Below are positions 1 through 8,975 of a stretch of 64,000 nucleotides of DNA, piece after piece; the first letter of the stretch is position 1; each line of letters begins with the position of its first letter. The stretch comes from Alphaproteobacteria bacterium (GTDB lineage: Bacteria > Pseudomonadota > Alphaproteobacteria > UBA828). The notes below the pieces were generated by a model that saw only the letters and a list, made by a program, of their open reading frames with translations, had not been told where the DNA came from and searched no databases. The stretch spans positions 832 through 64,831 of the forward strand of contig SHWC01000007.1 in the NCBI GenBank assembly GCA_009691045.1. Direction: 5' to 3'. Both the position numbers and the translations under genes were made by a program.

Positions 1-182
1 ATGGCCAAGGCTTTGTTGATCGCTTCGATTGGCTGTTCACTGGCGCCGAAAAAGAATGCTTCGCCAGCGAGGTGCCGGCCCGCGACGGCGAGGGCTATCA
101 GTTGCTGTGCGGCGAAATGATCTTCGTCTTCCGCAATGAGGGCGAAGGCTACCAGTTCACCGACATCGGCGCGAACGACTAG
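1..182 (+). CDS. 3' end of a hypothetical protein (partial, runs off window)
   Basis: Frame starting at nt 3 is open with host-like codons: GQGFVDRFDWLFTG...LLCGEMIFVFRNEGEGYQFTDIGAND*, TAG at 180-182; not in ORF track. Confidence 0.6.
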   Translation, partial: GQGFVDRFDWLFTGAEKECFASEVPARDGEGYQLLCGEMIFVFRNEGEGYQFTDIGAND

Positions 183-375
183 ACTACGCCATCATCCCCC
201 GGCTTTGAGCGCGGTCGCGGCGTGGTTCGCTCATGACGCGGGCATGTCATGCGTCGCGCCATCAATTTTCGGTGAAACATCATTCCTGTTCTTTTGCCGC
301 GGCGCACGCCAGCGCATAGTTCGTCGTGCGGCAAGAGCACCGTAAAAAAATATCGACAAGCGGGAGCATGTACAG

Positions 376-780
376 ATGAGCGATGGCAGAACCCCGGGCT
401 CGTTCGGCTGGAACGAGCTGGTTACGCCGGACCCGGCGGCCGCCCGTAAGTTCTTCGGCGGCCTGCTGGACTGGAGTTTCGACGAAATGCCGATGCCAGA
501 TGGAGGCAGCTATGTCGTCGCCAAGGCCGGCGGACAAATGGTTGGTGGCATGTTCAAGTTGGCGGGCCCGCAGTTTGACGGTGTGCCCGGTGTGCCACCG
601 CATTGGATGGGCTACATCACGGTCGCCGATGTCGACGCGGCCGCAAAAAAGGTGCCCACGCTCGGCGGCAAGGTGCAGGTGCCGCCGACCGACATTCCCA
701 ATGTCGGGCGCTTCTGCATGATTATTGACCCGACCGGCGCATACGTCTCTCTCATGCAGTGGGCCCCGCGGAGCGGGTAA
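376..780 (+). CDS. VOC family protein (glyoxalase/bleomycin-resistance fold)
   Basis: FGWNELVTPD..AARKFF, HWMGYITVADVDAA, GRFCMIIDPTGA; GGGAG upstream. Confidence 0.9.
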   Translation: MSDGRTPGSFGWNELVTPDPAAARKFFGGLLDWSFDEMPMPDGGSYVVAKAGGQMVGGMFKLAGPQFDGVPGVPPHWMGYITVADVDAAAKKVPTLGGKVQVPPTDIPNVGRFCMIIDPTGAYVSLMQWAPRSG

Positions 781-951
781 TCGAGCGCCGAACGCTGGCC
801 GACCAGAGATATAGACCTTTGCGTCGGCCGCTCGGCGGTTCGCGCGTGCGGTTTCAGCATCGTCATGTTGTTCGGGCGGCCCTCGCATCGCGCGCCTTGC
901 CCTGGTTTGAGCGCCCCGCTATAGCTCAAGGCTCTTTTTGAGAGGCGGGCG

Positions 952-2553
952 ATGGCCGAGCGGCGGCTCAAATTCTGGGGCTGGGGCTATGAAGACCAGC
1001 AACTAACCGAAGCTGTATCCGGCAAGGTCGCGCGCTTTGTGGCCGGCCGAACCGGCGCCGTTATGCACGCCTATCGCGCGCCGCCGAGATTGGATGAGGT
1101 CACGCTGAAAGCGCCGCGTATCGCTGTGCCCGCGAAGCTCGGCGCTCTGGTCTCGACCTCGCTTTATGACCGCGCCGCGCACGCCTATGGCAAGTCCTAC
1201 CCGGACTATATCCGCGCGTTCGCGCGCGATTTTTCAAATGCGCCCGACCTCGTTGCATTCCCTGAAAACGAAGCCGATATCGTGGCCCTCCTCGATTGGG
1301 CCGGCGGCGCGAACGTGGCGGTCATTCCCTTTGGCGCCGGCTCGAGCGTGGTCGGGGGAATCGAGCCAAAGGTGGGCAGCGGCTTCAAGGCAACGCTCTC
1401 GCTCGATATGCGGAAACTCGACCGCGTGCGCGAGATCGACACCACCTCGCGCGCCGCGCGCATCGAGGCCGGCGTCTATGGCCCGGCGCTCGAAGCGCAA
1501 CTCAAGGCCTCGGGTCTCACGCTCCGGCATTTTCCGCAGAGTTTCGAATTTTCAACGCTTGGCGGTTGGATTGCGACGCGTTCGGGCGGCCATTTCGCGA
1601 CGCTCTATACCCACATCGATGAGCTGGTGGAAAGCGTGCGGACCGTGACACCGGCGGGCGTGATGGAGAGCCGTCGCCTGCCGGGCTCAGGCGCGGGCCC
1701 AAGCCCGGATCGGCTGATCATCGGCTCGGAAGGCGCGCTTGGAATCATCGTCGAAGCCTGGGTGAAGCTCCAATCAAAGCCGCGCTACCGCGCGAGCCAA
1801 GCCTTTTGGTTCGATGATTTCTACCGCGCCGCCGATGGTTTGCGCGCGGTCTCCCAGGCCGGGCTCTATCCGTCGAACGCGCGGCTGGTCGATGGCGAGG
1901 AATGCGCGCTGGCGGGTATTGGCGACGGAAAACGACACATGGTCGTGTTGGCGTTCGAATCCGGCGATCATCCCATCGACGCCTGGATGGCGCGCGGTGT
2001 CGAGTGCTTGCGCGATCATGGTGGCATGCCGGCTGGTGGCGGTGCACATGGCGCGCGCGATGCGACCGCCGATGCCTGGCGCGAAGCGTTCATCAAAGGC
2101 CCCTTCAATCGGGAAGGCCTGATTTCGCACAGCATCATGCACGACACGTTCGAGACCGCGATCACCTGGGAGCGGCTGCATGACTTCCACGCCAGCGTAA
2201 AGAGCGCCACCGCGCACGCGATCCACGCGGTAACTGGAAAACCGGGCCATGTGACATGCCGCTTCACCCATATCTACCCGGATGGACCCGCGCCCTATTT
2301 CACTCTGCATGCAAGCCCAACCCCAGGCCACGAACTTGAACAATGGCGGGCGATCAAGGCGGCGGCGTCCGACGCGCTGATTGCCGCCGGCGGCACAATC
2401 ACCCATCATCATGCGGTGGGGCGCGACCATATGCCGTGGTATGTCAAACAGCGGCCGGCGCTCTTTGGTGCGGCGCTCGCGGCGGCAAAGCGTGCGCTCG
2501 ACCCGAAAGGCATTCTCAATCCGGGCGTGCTGGTGCCCGCCCCAACAAGCTAA
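952..2553 (+). CDS. FAD-binding oxidoreductase, alkyl-dihydroxyacetonephosphate synthase-like (VAO/PCMH family)
   Basis: KFWGWG N-terminus, PFGAGSSVVGG, HFPQSFEFSTLGGWIATRSGG, GSEGALG, ITHHHAVG, LDPKGILNPG. Confidence 0.88.
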   Translation: MAERRLKFWGWGYEDQQLTEAVSGKVARFVAGRTGAVMHAYRAPPRLDEVTLKAPRIAVPAKLGALVSTSLYDRAAHAYGKSYPDYIRAFARDFSNAPDLVAFPENEADIVALLDWAGGANVAVIPFGAGSSVVGGIEPKVGSGFKATLSLDMRKLDRVREIDTTSRAARIEAGVYGPALEAQLKASGLTLRHFPQSFEFSTLGGWIATRSGGHFATLYTHIDELVESVRTVTPAGVMESRRLPGSGAGPSPDRLIIGSEGALGIIVEAWVKLQSKPRYRASQAFWFDDFYRAADGLRAVSQAGLYPSNARLVDGEECALAGIGDGKRHMVVLAFESGDHPIDAWMARGVECLRDHGGMPAGGGAHGARDATADAWREAFIKGPFNREGLISHSIMHDTFETAITWERLHDFHASVKSATAHAIHAVTGKPGHVTCRFTHIYPDGPAPYFTLHASPTPGHELEQWRAIKAAASDALIAAGGTITHHHAVGRDHMPWYVKQRPALFGAALAAAKRALDPKGILNPGVLVPAPTS

Positions 2554-2577
2554 GGCGACGAGATTAGGGAGACGTCT

Positions 2578-4065
2578 ATGTCAGAGCTCGTGAAACACAA
2601 GATGTTTATCGGCGGCGAGTGGGTTGAGCCATCGTCAGGTGAGTATCTCGAATCGTTCAATCCGTTCACCGGCAAGCCCTGGGCGCTCATTCCCCGTGGT
2701 AAGGCCGAAGATGCCAAGCGCGCGGTCGCGGCCGCCAAACAGGCGTTCACGTCAGGCCCCTGGCCTAAGATGAACGCGACGCAGCGCGGCGCGCTCTTGC
2801 GCAAGCTCGGCGATTTGATCGCCGCTAATGCGGAGCGGCTCGCTCAACTCGAAGTACGCGATAACGGGAAACTGATTGCTGAGATGCTCGCGCAGCTCCG
2901 CTACATTCCGCAGTGGTATTATTATTTCGGCGGGCTCGCCGACAAGATTCAGGGCTCGGTGATTCCGTCCGACAAGCCGGACATGTTTAATTACACACGC
3001 TATGAGCCGATCGGCCCGTGCGTGCTGATCACGGCGTGGAATTCCCCGCTGCTTTTGCTCGCCTACAAGCTCGGGCCCTGCCTCGCGGCCGGCAATACGG
3101 CGATTTTGAAGCCATCGGAATTTACCTCGGCGTCGTCGCTCGAATTCGCCAAACTGGTGCATGAAGCGGGTTTCCCGCCGGGCGTATTCAATGTCGCGAC
3201 CGGGCTTGGCGCGGAGATCGGCGAGGCACTGGTCACACACCCGGATGTCGTGAAAGTGGCGTTCACCGGCGGCAGCGTAACAGGCAGCCATGTCTATCAA
3301 ACCGCGGCGAAGGACTTGAAGCGTGTCACACTCGAGCTCGGCGGTAAATCGCCCAATATCGTGTTCGAAGATGCCGTGATCGACGACGCCGTGAAAGGCG
3401 CGGTCTCGGGTATTTTTGCCGCCACCGGTCAAACCTGCGTCGCCGGCTCGCGCCTTTTGCTGCACGAGAAAATCTACGAGCCGTTCATGGATAAATTGCT
3501 CGCATTGGCCAAAACCGCGCGCATGGGCGACCCCTCAAGCATGGAGACCCAAGTCGGACCGGTGACCACGCGCCCCCAATATGAAAAGGTGCTGCGCTAT
3601 ATTGATATTGGCAAGGATGGTGGCGCCACCTGCGTGCTCGGCGGCCATGCCGCGCAGCGTCAAGAATGCGGCGAGGGTTGGTTCGTCGAGCCGACGATTT
3701 TCACCGACGTGAAGAACAGCATGCGCATCGCGCAGGAAGAAGTGTTTGGGCCCGTGCTCTCGGTTATCAAGTTCAAGGACGATGAAGAGGCGATCGAAAT
3801 CGGCAATGACGTGGTGTTCGGTCTTGCCGCCGGGGTGTGGACGCAGAATGTGCGGCGCGCGATCAAGGTGACCGAGCGGTTGCAGGCGGGAACCGTGTGG
3901 GTCAACACCTATCGCGCGGTCAGCTTCATGTCGCCGTTTGGCGGCTATAAACGGAGCGGCCTCGGGCGCGAAAACGGCCAAGACGCGATCAAGGAATATC
4001 TCCAGGTCAAGAGCGTCTGGATCTCGACCGCGGCCGACGTGCCCAACCCATTCGTGATGCGGTAG
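2578..4065 (+). CDS. NAD(P)-dependent aldehyde dehydrogenase
   Basis: AWNSP, KPSE, FTGG, LELGGKSP, catalytic GQTCVAG, EEVFGPV, PFGGYKRSG. Confidence 0.95.
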   Translation: MSELVKHKMFIGGEWVEPSSGEYLESFNPFTGKPWALIPRGKAEDAKRAVAAAKQAFTSGPWPKMNATQRGALLRKLGDLIAANAERLAQLEVRDNGKLIAEMLAQLRYIPQWYYYFGGLADKIQGSVIPSDKPDMFNYTRYEPIGPCVLITAWNSPLLLLAYKLGPCLAAGNTAILKPSEFTSASSLEFAKLVHEAGFPPGVFNVATGLGAEIGEALVTHPDVVKVAFTGGSVTGSHVYQTAAKDLKRVTLELGGKSPNIVFEDAVIDDAVKGAVSGIFAATGQTCVAGSRLLLHEKIYEPFMDKLLALAKTARMGDPSSMETQVGPVTTRPQYEKVLRYIDIGKDGGATCVLGGHAAQRQECGEGWFVEPTIFTDVKNSMRIAQEEVFGPVLSVIKFKDDEEAIEIGNDVVFGLAAGVWTQNVRRAIKVTERLQAGTVWVNTYRAVSFMSPFGGYKRSGLGRENGQDAIKEYLQVKSVWISTAADVPNPFVMR

Positions 4066-4087
4066 GCGAGAGGCCGAAACAGCGCGC

Positions 4088-5107
4088 ATGTCCAGCACGA
4101 CTCCCCTCGCCCTCACCATGGGCGAGCCCGGCGGCATTGGCGCTGAGCTCGCGCTCAAGGCGTGGCTGGCGCGGCGCGATGAGGCTGTGCCGCCATTTCT
4201 GGTGATCGATGATCCGGCTCGGCTTACCGGCATGGCCAGGGCGCTGGGGCTCGCCTGCGCGATTGTCCCCATCGAGGCACCGGGCGAGACGTTCGCGCGC
4301 TTTGATCATGGCCTGCCGGTGCTGCCCCTTGGCCTGACTGTTGCCGCGACGCTGGGCCTTGCCGAGCCCAAAAACGCACCAGCGGTGATTGGCTCGATCG
4401 AGCGCGCCGTTAAGCTTGTGCAAGCCGGCGAAGCGGCCGCGGTTGTGACGAGTCCGATCCAGAAGCAAAGCCTCTACGCGGCCGGCTTCAAGCACCCAGG
4501 CCATACCGAATTCCTGGCTCAGCTTGCGGGCGGCGATATCACACCGGTTATGATGTTGGCGTGCGACGCGCTCCGGGTTGTGCCGGTTACCATCCACCTG
4601 CCGCTTGCCAAGGCCGTGGCCGCGCTCAGCCAACAAGCGATCGAGCATTGCGGCCGCGTCACGGCTGAGGCGCTCAATCGCGATTTTGGAATAGCGAAGC
4701 CGCGCCTCGCGGTTGCCGGGCTCAACCCGCATGCCGGCGAGGCTGGCAGTCTGGGTCGCGAAGAGATCGAGATCATCAAGCCCGCGATCGAGACCCTGCG
4801 GCGCGAAGGGCTCGATATATCAGGGCCCTTCCCGGCCGATACGATGTTCCACGCCATTGCGCGCCAGCGTTATGACGCCGCGTTGTGCATGTATCACGAC
4901 CAGGCGCTGATCCCGCTCAAGACCATCGATTTCGATGGTGGCGTGAATGTGACGCTCGGACTGCCATTCGTGCGCACCTCACCCGATCACGGCACCGCCC
5001 TTGATATCGCCGGCAAGGGCGTGGCCAGTCCCACCAGCCTGATCGCCGCCCTCAAACTCGCGCGCGCCATGGCCGATGCGCGGCAGCAGCATGGACACCA
5101 TCGATGA
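4088..5107 (+). CDS. pdxA: 4-hydroxythreonine-4-phosphate dehydrogenase
   Basis: TMGEPGGIG, PGHTEFLA, TIHLPL, GLNPHAGE, MYHDQ, RTSPDHGTA. Confidence 0.93.
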   Translation: MSSTTPLALTMGEPGGIGAELALKAWLARRDEAVPPFLVIDDPARLTGMARALGLACAIVPIEAPGETFARFDHGLPVLPLGLTVAATLGLAEPKNAPAVIGSIERAVKLVQAGEAAAVVTSPIQKQSLYAAGFKHPGHTEFLAQLAGGDITPVMMLACDALRVVPVTIHLPLAKAVAALSQQAIEHCGRVTAEALNRDFGIAKPRLAVAGLNPHAGEAGSLGREEIEIIKPAIETLRREGLDISGPFPADTMFHAIARQRYDAALCMYHDQALIPLKTIDFDGGVNVTLGLPFVRTSPDHGTALDIAGKGVASPTSLIAALKLARAMADARQQHGHHR

Positions 5108-5340
5108 GTACGCCGCCCGCCGCGGACGCCGACACGATGCTCCGCATCCAACAATTCGCTGAAACCGCACTCGATGAACTGGCCAAACGCGCGAAGGACG
5201 ACGGCGTTGACCCGGTGCAACTCCACCTCGCGGTTTGCATCGCCAGCATGGGCTTTTTGGCCAATAATTTCGGACCGGAGCGAGCGGCGGATTTGATTGA
5301 TCAACTCAGTGCGATGGTACGCCGCCGCCACCCACACTGA
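5104..5340 (+). CDS. hypothetical protein (78 aa)
   Basis: ATGA overlap with pdxA stop; helical-looking sequence with host-like codons. Confidence 0.6.
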   Translation: MSTPPAADADTMLRIQQFAETALDELAKRAKDDGVDPVQLHLAVCIASMGFLANNFGPERAADLIDQLSAMVRRRHPH

Positions 5341-5451
5341 GGCAGGCCCCGTTATCACGAAATTTTCTGGTGGCGCATTGGGCCCGCCAGGAGTAAAGAA
5401 ACGCCGCCCCGCAGGTCGTGCCGACCTACGCCATAACAATGGAGGCGACGC

Positions 5452-6429
5452 GTGCTCAAGGGCTATCGCGTCCAGGAGAATAAACTGCTCGTCGAAGAGC
5501 TGGGCGCGGGCGCGATTCCAGCGGCCGGTACGACGTGGCTCGACCTCGTCGACCCGACCCTTGAGGAGCGCACCGTCGTTGCCGACGCCCTAGGCATCGA
5601 AGTTCCGACCCGCGAGGAGATGTACGAGATCGAGGTGTCGAGCCGGCTCTACATGGAAGAGGACGTGCCGTTTATGACGGCCCTCATTCTATTTCATGCC
5701 GATACGCCGCAGCCGGAAACAACCCCGATCACGTTCATTCTGACGAACGGCTGCCTGGTTACGGTACGCTATGCGGAGCCGGCCTCATTTCGCACGTTCA
5801 TCGCGCAGATCGGGCGTCGGCCACTCCGCGCTTCCACCCCGGAGCACATTATCTGCGGTCTGCTGGAGGCTGTGACCGAGCGCATCGCCGATATTCTCGA
5901 GCGCGCCGCGGGCGATCTTGACGCGGTCTCGCGCGAGGTGTTCTCCGAGACCAATGGCGCACACAGGCGGAAGCGGCGCGACTTGACTGAAGTGTTGCGC
6001 CGGATCGGACGCAGCGGCGACTTAATTTCGAAAACGCGTGAAAGCTTGGTTTCCATCACGCGATTGATCACCTTTTTATCGGCGACCAGCAAAGCCAATG
6101 CACGCAAAGGTCTGCGCGTTCAGCTCAAAACACTTGCGCGTGACACGGTATCGCTAAGCGACCATGCCGCGTTCGAGGCCAATAACGTCAACTTCCTGCT
6201 GCAGGCGACGCTTGGCGTTATCAATATCGAGCAAAACGCGATTATCAAGACCTTCACGGTCGCCGCAGTCGCTTTCATGCCGCCAACCTTGATCGCCAGC
6301 ATTTACGGGATGAATTTCGATGTCATGCCCGAGCTGAAATGGCCGCTCGGCTACGCCTTTGCGCTCGGCGTCATGGTGCTGTCGGCCATTTTGCCGCTGC
6401 TCTATTTCAAGCGTAAGGGTTGGCTATAG
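5452..6429 (+). CDS. corA: CorA family Mg2+/Co2+ transporter
   Basis: WLDLVDPT, PPTLIASIYGMNF signature, MPELKW, two C-terminal TMs; GGAGG before GTG. Confidence 0.95.
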   Translation: MLKGYRVQENKLLVEELGAGAIPAAGTTWLDLVDPTLEERTVVADALGIEVPTREEMYEIEVSSRLYMEEDVPFMTALILFHADTPQPETTPITFILTNGCLVTVRYAEPASFRTFIAQIGRRPLRASTPEHIICGLLEAVTERIADILERAAGDLDAVSREVFSETNGAHRRKRRDLTEVLRRIGRSGDLISKTRESLVSITRLITFLSATSKANARKGLRVQLKTLARDTVSLSDHAAFEANNVNFLLQATLGVINIEQNAIIKTFTVAAVAFMPPTLIASIYGMNFDVMPELKWPLGYAFALGVMVLSAILPLLYFKRKGWL

Positions 6430-6441
6430 CCTGCCCCGCCG

Positions 6442-7482
6442 TTATGCGGCGGCGGCGCCAACGCGATTAAAGGCCGCCAGTGAACGCTCGATCAGTGCGC
6501 CATTCATATCGTCGACGATAAAGACGATGCGCGAGCGGCGATCATCGTCCGGCCATTCGGCAAGGTGAATTGGCGGGTGCACGATGTGCTGCACGCCGTT
6601 GATGATGACCGGCGCATCGACCCCTTTGACATTTAATATGCCCTTCACGCGCAGCACTTGCTGGCCGTGTCTGTGCAATAACATGGTGAGCCAAACGCCG
6701 AACGCGGTCCAATCGAGCGGCCGGTCGATGGTCACCACGAATGAATGGATGTGCTGATCGTGCCGATTCACGTCGTGAACATGTTTGTGATCGTGGGCGG
6801 CCTTTACGGCTTCGAGGTCAAGCCAGTGTTTGACATCGGCCGCCTTTTTCGACGGGTCATAGACATCGGCCCGCAAGACCCGCCGCACATCAACCTTGCC
6901 AAAATTGCCGCGCACATAGTCAGCGGTCGGGTTGATCCGCCGCAGGCGAGCCTCAAGCCCAGTCAACACAGAAGGCGACACGAGATCGCTCTTGGTGATG
7001 ACGATGCGGTCCGCCACCGTTGCCTGGCGCACCGATTCGACATGACGATTGAGCTGGCGCATGCCATTCGCCGCATCCACGGTCGTGATTACGCCACCAA
7101 GCCGATAGTGGTTGCGAAGCACGGGGTCTGACATCAGCGTGTAGAGAATAGGCGTCGGGTCCGCCAGGCCGGTGGTTTCAACCACCATGCGCTTATAGCG
7201 CGGCACTTCGCCGCGCTCGCGCCTTGAATTGAGTTCCAGAATCGCGCTCTTCAAATCATCGCGTATCGTGCAGCACAGACATCCGCTCGATAGCAGCACC
7301 GTATTCTCGTCCATTTTCTTGACCAGAAAATGATCGAGCCCAACGGCGCCGAATTCATTGATCAGCACCGCGGCATCCTTGAGTGAGGAATGGCGCAGCA
7401 TATGATTCAACAGCGTCGTCTTACCGCTGCCGAGAAAGCCGGTGACAACAAAAATCGGGATCAGGCGACTATAGACGGCCAT
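6442..7482 (-). CDS. COG0523/CobW-family G3E GTPase (putative metallochaperone)
   Basis: GFLGSGKTT, INEFG, GCLCC (CxCC), ETTGLADP, TKSD, His-rich HDHKHVHDVNRH, CobW_C LRVKG. Confidence 0.93.
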   Translation of the reverse strand: MAVYSRLIPIFVVTGFLGSGKTTLLNHMLRHSSLKDAAVLINEFGAVGLDHFLVKKMDENTVLLSSGCLCCTIRDDLKSAILELNSRRERGEVPRYKRMVVETTGLADPTPILYTLMSDPVLRNHYRLGGVITTVDAANGMRQLNRHVESVRQATVADRIVITKSDLVSPSVLTGLEARLRRINPTADYVRGNFGKVDVRRVLRADVYDPSKKAADVKHWLDLEAVKAAHDHKHVHDVNRHDQHIHSFVVTIDRPLDWTAFGVWLTMLLHRHGQQVLRVKGILNVKGVDAPVIINGVQHIVHPPIHLAEWPDDDRRSRIVFIVDDMNGALIERSLAAFNRVGAAAA

Positions 7483-7488
7483 GACCGC

Positions 7489-7827
7489 TCAATGACTGAT
7501 CGGTTCGGCCCGCTCGAGACCGGCAATGAGCTCAGGGTCGAGAGGATCGGCGGCGCGGCCACTACAGGCCTCGACCGCCTTCCAAAGTTGCGGCAGATTG
7601 ACCACGACATCGGCCGCGCCGTTCAGGCCGCGCACGATATACTGGCCGCCGGTCCAGTCCTCTGCCTTACATGAAAATCGTTCGAGCACGCGGTTGATCA
7701 GGCGCACACGATAGGCGCGCTCCAAATAGCGCTGCCGGCCCTCGGAGACGACGCCATCACGCGCGACATCCGTCCCCGTTTCACTCCAATGCGGGCCATC
7801 CATCAGCGTGCCGCACAAACCGCACAT
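7489..7827 (-). CDS. conserved hypothetical protein with N-terminal MCGLCG (CxxC) motif
   Basis: 112 aa, GAGG RBS upstream, 6 nt from the downstream GTPase start. Confidence 0.8.
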   Translation of the reverse strand: MCGLCGTLMDGPHWSETGTDVARDGVVSEGRQRYLERAYRVRLINRVLERFSCKAEDWTGGQYIVRGLNGAADVVVNLPQLWKAVEACSGRAADPLDPELIAGLERAEPISH

Positions 7828-7856
7828 GATCGTCGTCCCGCCTCAACCGATGGTGC

Positions 7857-7891
7857 ACCGTCATGGCCCACCTCACGCGGGCCATGACGGT
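7857..7891. repeat. intra-operonic stem-loop (REP-like)
   Basis: ACCGTCATGGCCC-N9-GGGCCATGACGGT perfect 13-bp stem; no U-tract. Confidence 0.7.
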
Positions 7892-7918
7892 TAGTCAGAA
7901 CTCTCTCTTGAGGCGCGT

Positions 7919-8824
7919 CTATTTTTTCTTCTTTTTCACCGGGCCCTTATAGGGGCTGCGCTTGATGAAATCATTGGCGATCTCTTCAAACGTGCACCAT
8001 TTCACGCCGGGATGACCCGAAATGTAGGAGAAGATTCGCTCAAGCATGAGCAGCACCTGCGGCCGGCCCGCGATATCGGGGTGGATCGTGAAGGTGAAGA
8101 CGGCGTAATCCATCTCGCGATAAACCCAATCAAACTGGTCGCGCCACCATTCTTCGATGTCGCGCGGATTGGTCCAGCCACCGCTGTTGGGTACTTTTTT
8201 CATGAACATCATTGGCGGCAAATCGTCGAGATACCAGCTGCCGGGAATTTGGACGATCGGCACGGTGTAGCCGAGGTCCATTGGCTCCATCCAATGCTTC
8301 GGATGTTTGGAATAATCGATCAGCTTCCACTTCTCGCCGACACGCGTCCAATAGGGCGTGAAGTCGGTGTGCATTTGGCTGTGGTCATATTTGATGCCGC
8401 GATCCATGAGGAGCTGGGGCGTGGCCTGACTCATTTCCCACCATGGCGCGACATAGCCAACGGGCGGCCGACCAAAGAGCTTCGAGACGAGCCCAAATGT
8501 TTTGTCGAGAATGGCCTCCTCTTGCTCAGGCGTCATGGCAATCGGGTTTTCATGGGTATAGCCATGCAGGCCAATTTCATGGCCGGCATCGGCCACCATC
8601 TTCATCTGCTTCGGCCAGGTCTCGATGCTGTGGCCGGGGATGAACCAGCTGGTCTTCATGCCCATCTTGTCGAACAGCTTGACCAGGCGCGGCGAGCCGA
8701 TCTCGGCCGCGAAGACGCCCCGAGAAATGTCGCTTGGGCTGTCGCCGCCAGCATAAGAGCCGATCTGGCCGGCCACGGCATCAACGTCGATGCCGACGCC
8801 GCAGAAGATTTCTTTTTTCGTCAT
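7919..8824 (-). CDS. polysaccharide deacetylase (CE4) family amidohydrolase, HP0310/PgdA/PuuE-like
   Basis: [45 protein letters not shown]; no signal peptide. Confidence 0.88.
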   Translation of the reverse strand: MTKKEIFCGVGIDVDAVAGQIGSYAGGDSPSDISRGVFAAEIGSPRLVKLFDKMGMKTSWFIPGHSIETWPKQMKMVADAGHEIGLHGYTHENPIAMTPEQEEAILDKTFGLVSKLFGRPPVGYVAPWWEMSQATPQLLMDRGIKYDHSQMHTDFTPYWTRVGEKWKLIDYSKHPKHWMEPMDLGYTVPIVQIPGSWYLDDLPPMMFMKKVPNSGGWTNPRDIEEWWRDQFDWVYREMDYAVFTFTIHPDIAGRPQVLLMLERIFSYISGHPGVKWCTFEEIANDFIKRSPYKGPVKKKKK

Positions 8825-8975
8825 GAGTGTCTCCCCAAATGGCGCGAATGGGCGAGATTAGGCCATTGAGGCCGCCGACCGCAACCACCCCTCTTTAGGC
8901 CCTTGGCACGAGAACGTCAGAGGATTTTTGGCCCAATCGCTGCCATGCTAGATCTAGAGAGATGGGGGCAAAGCG

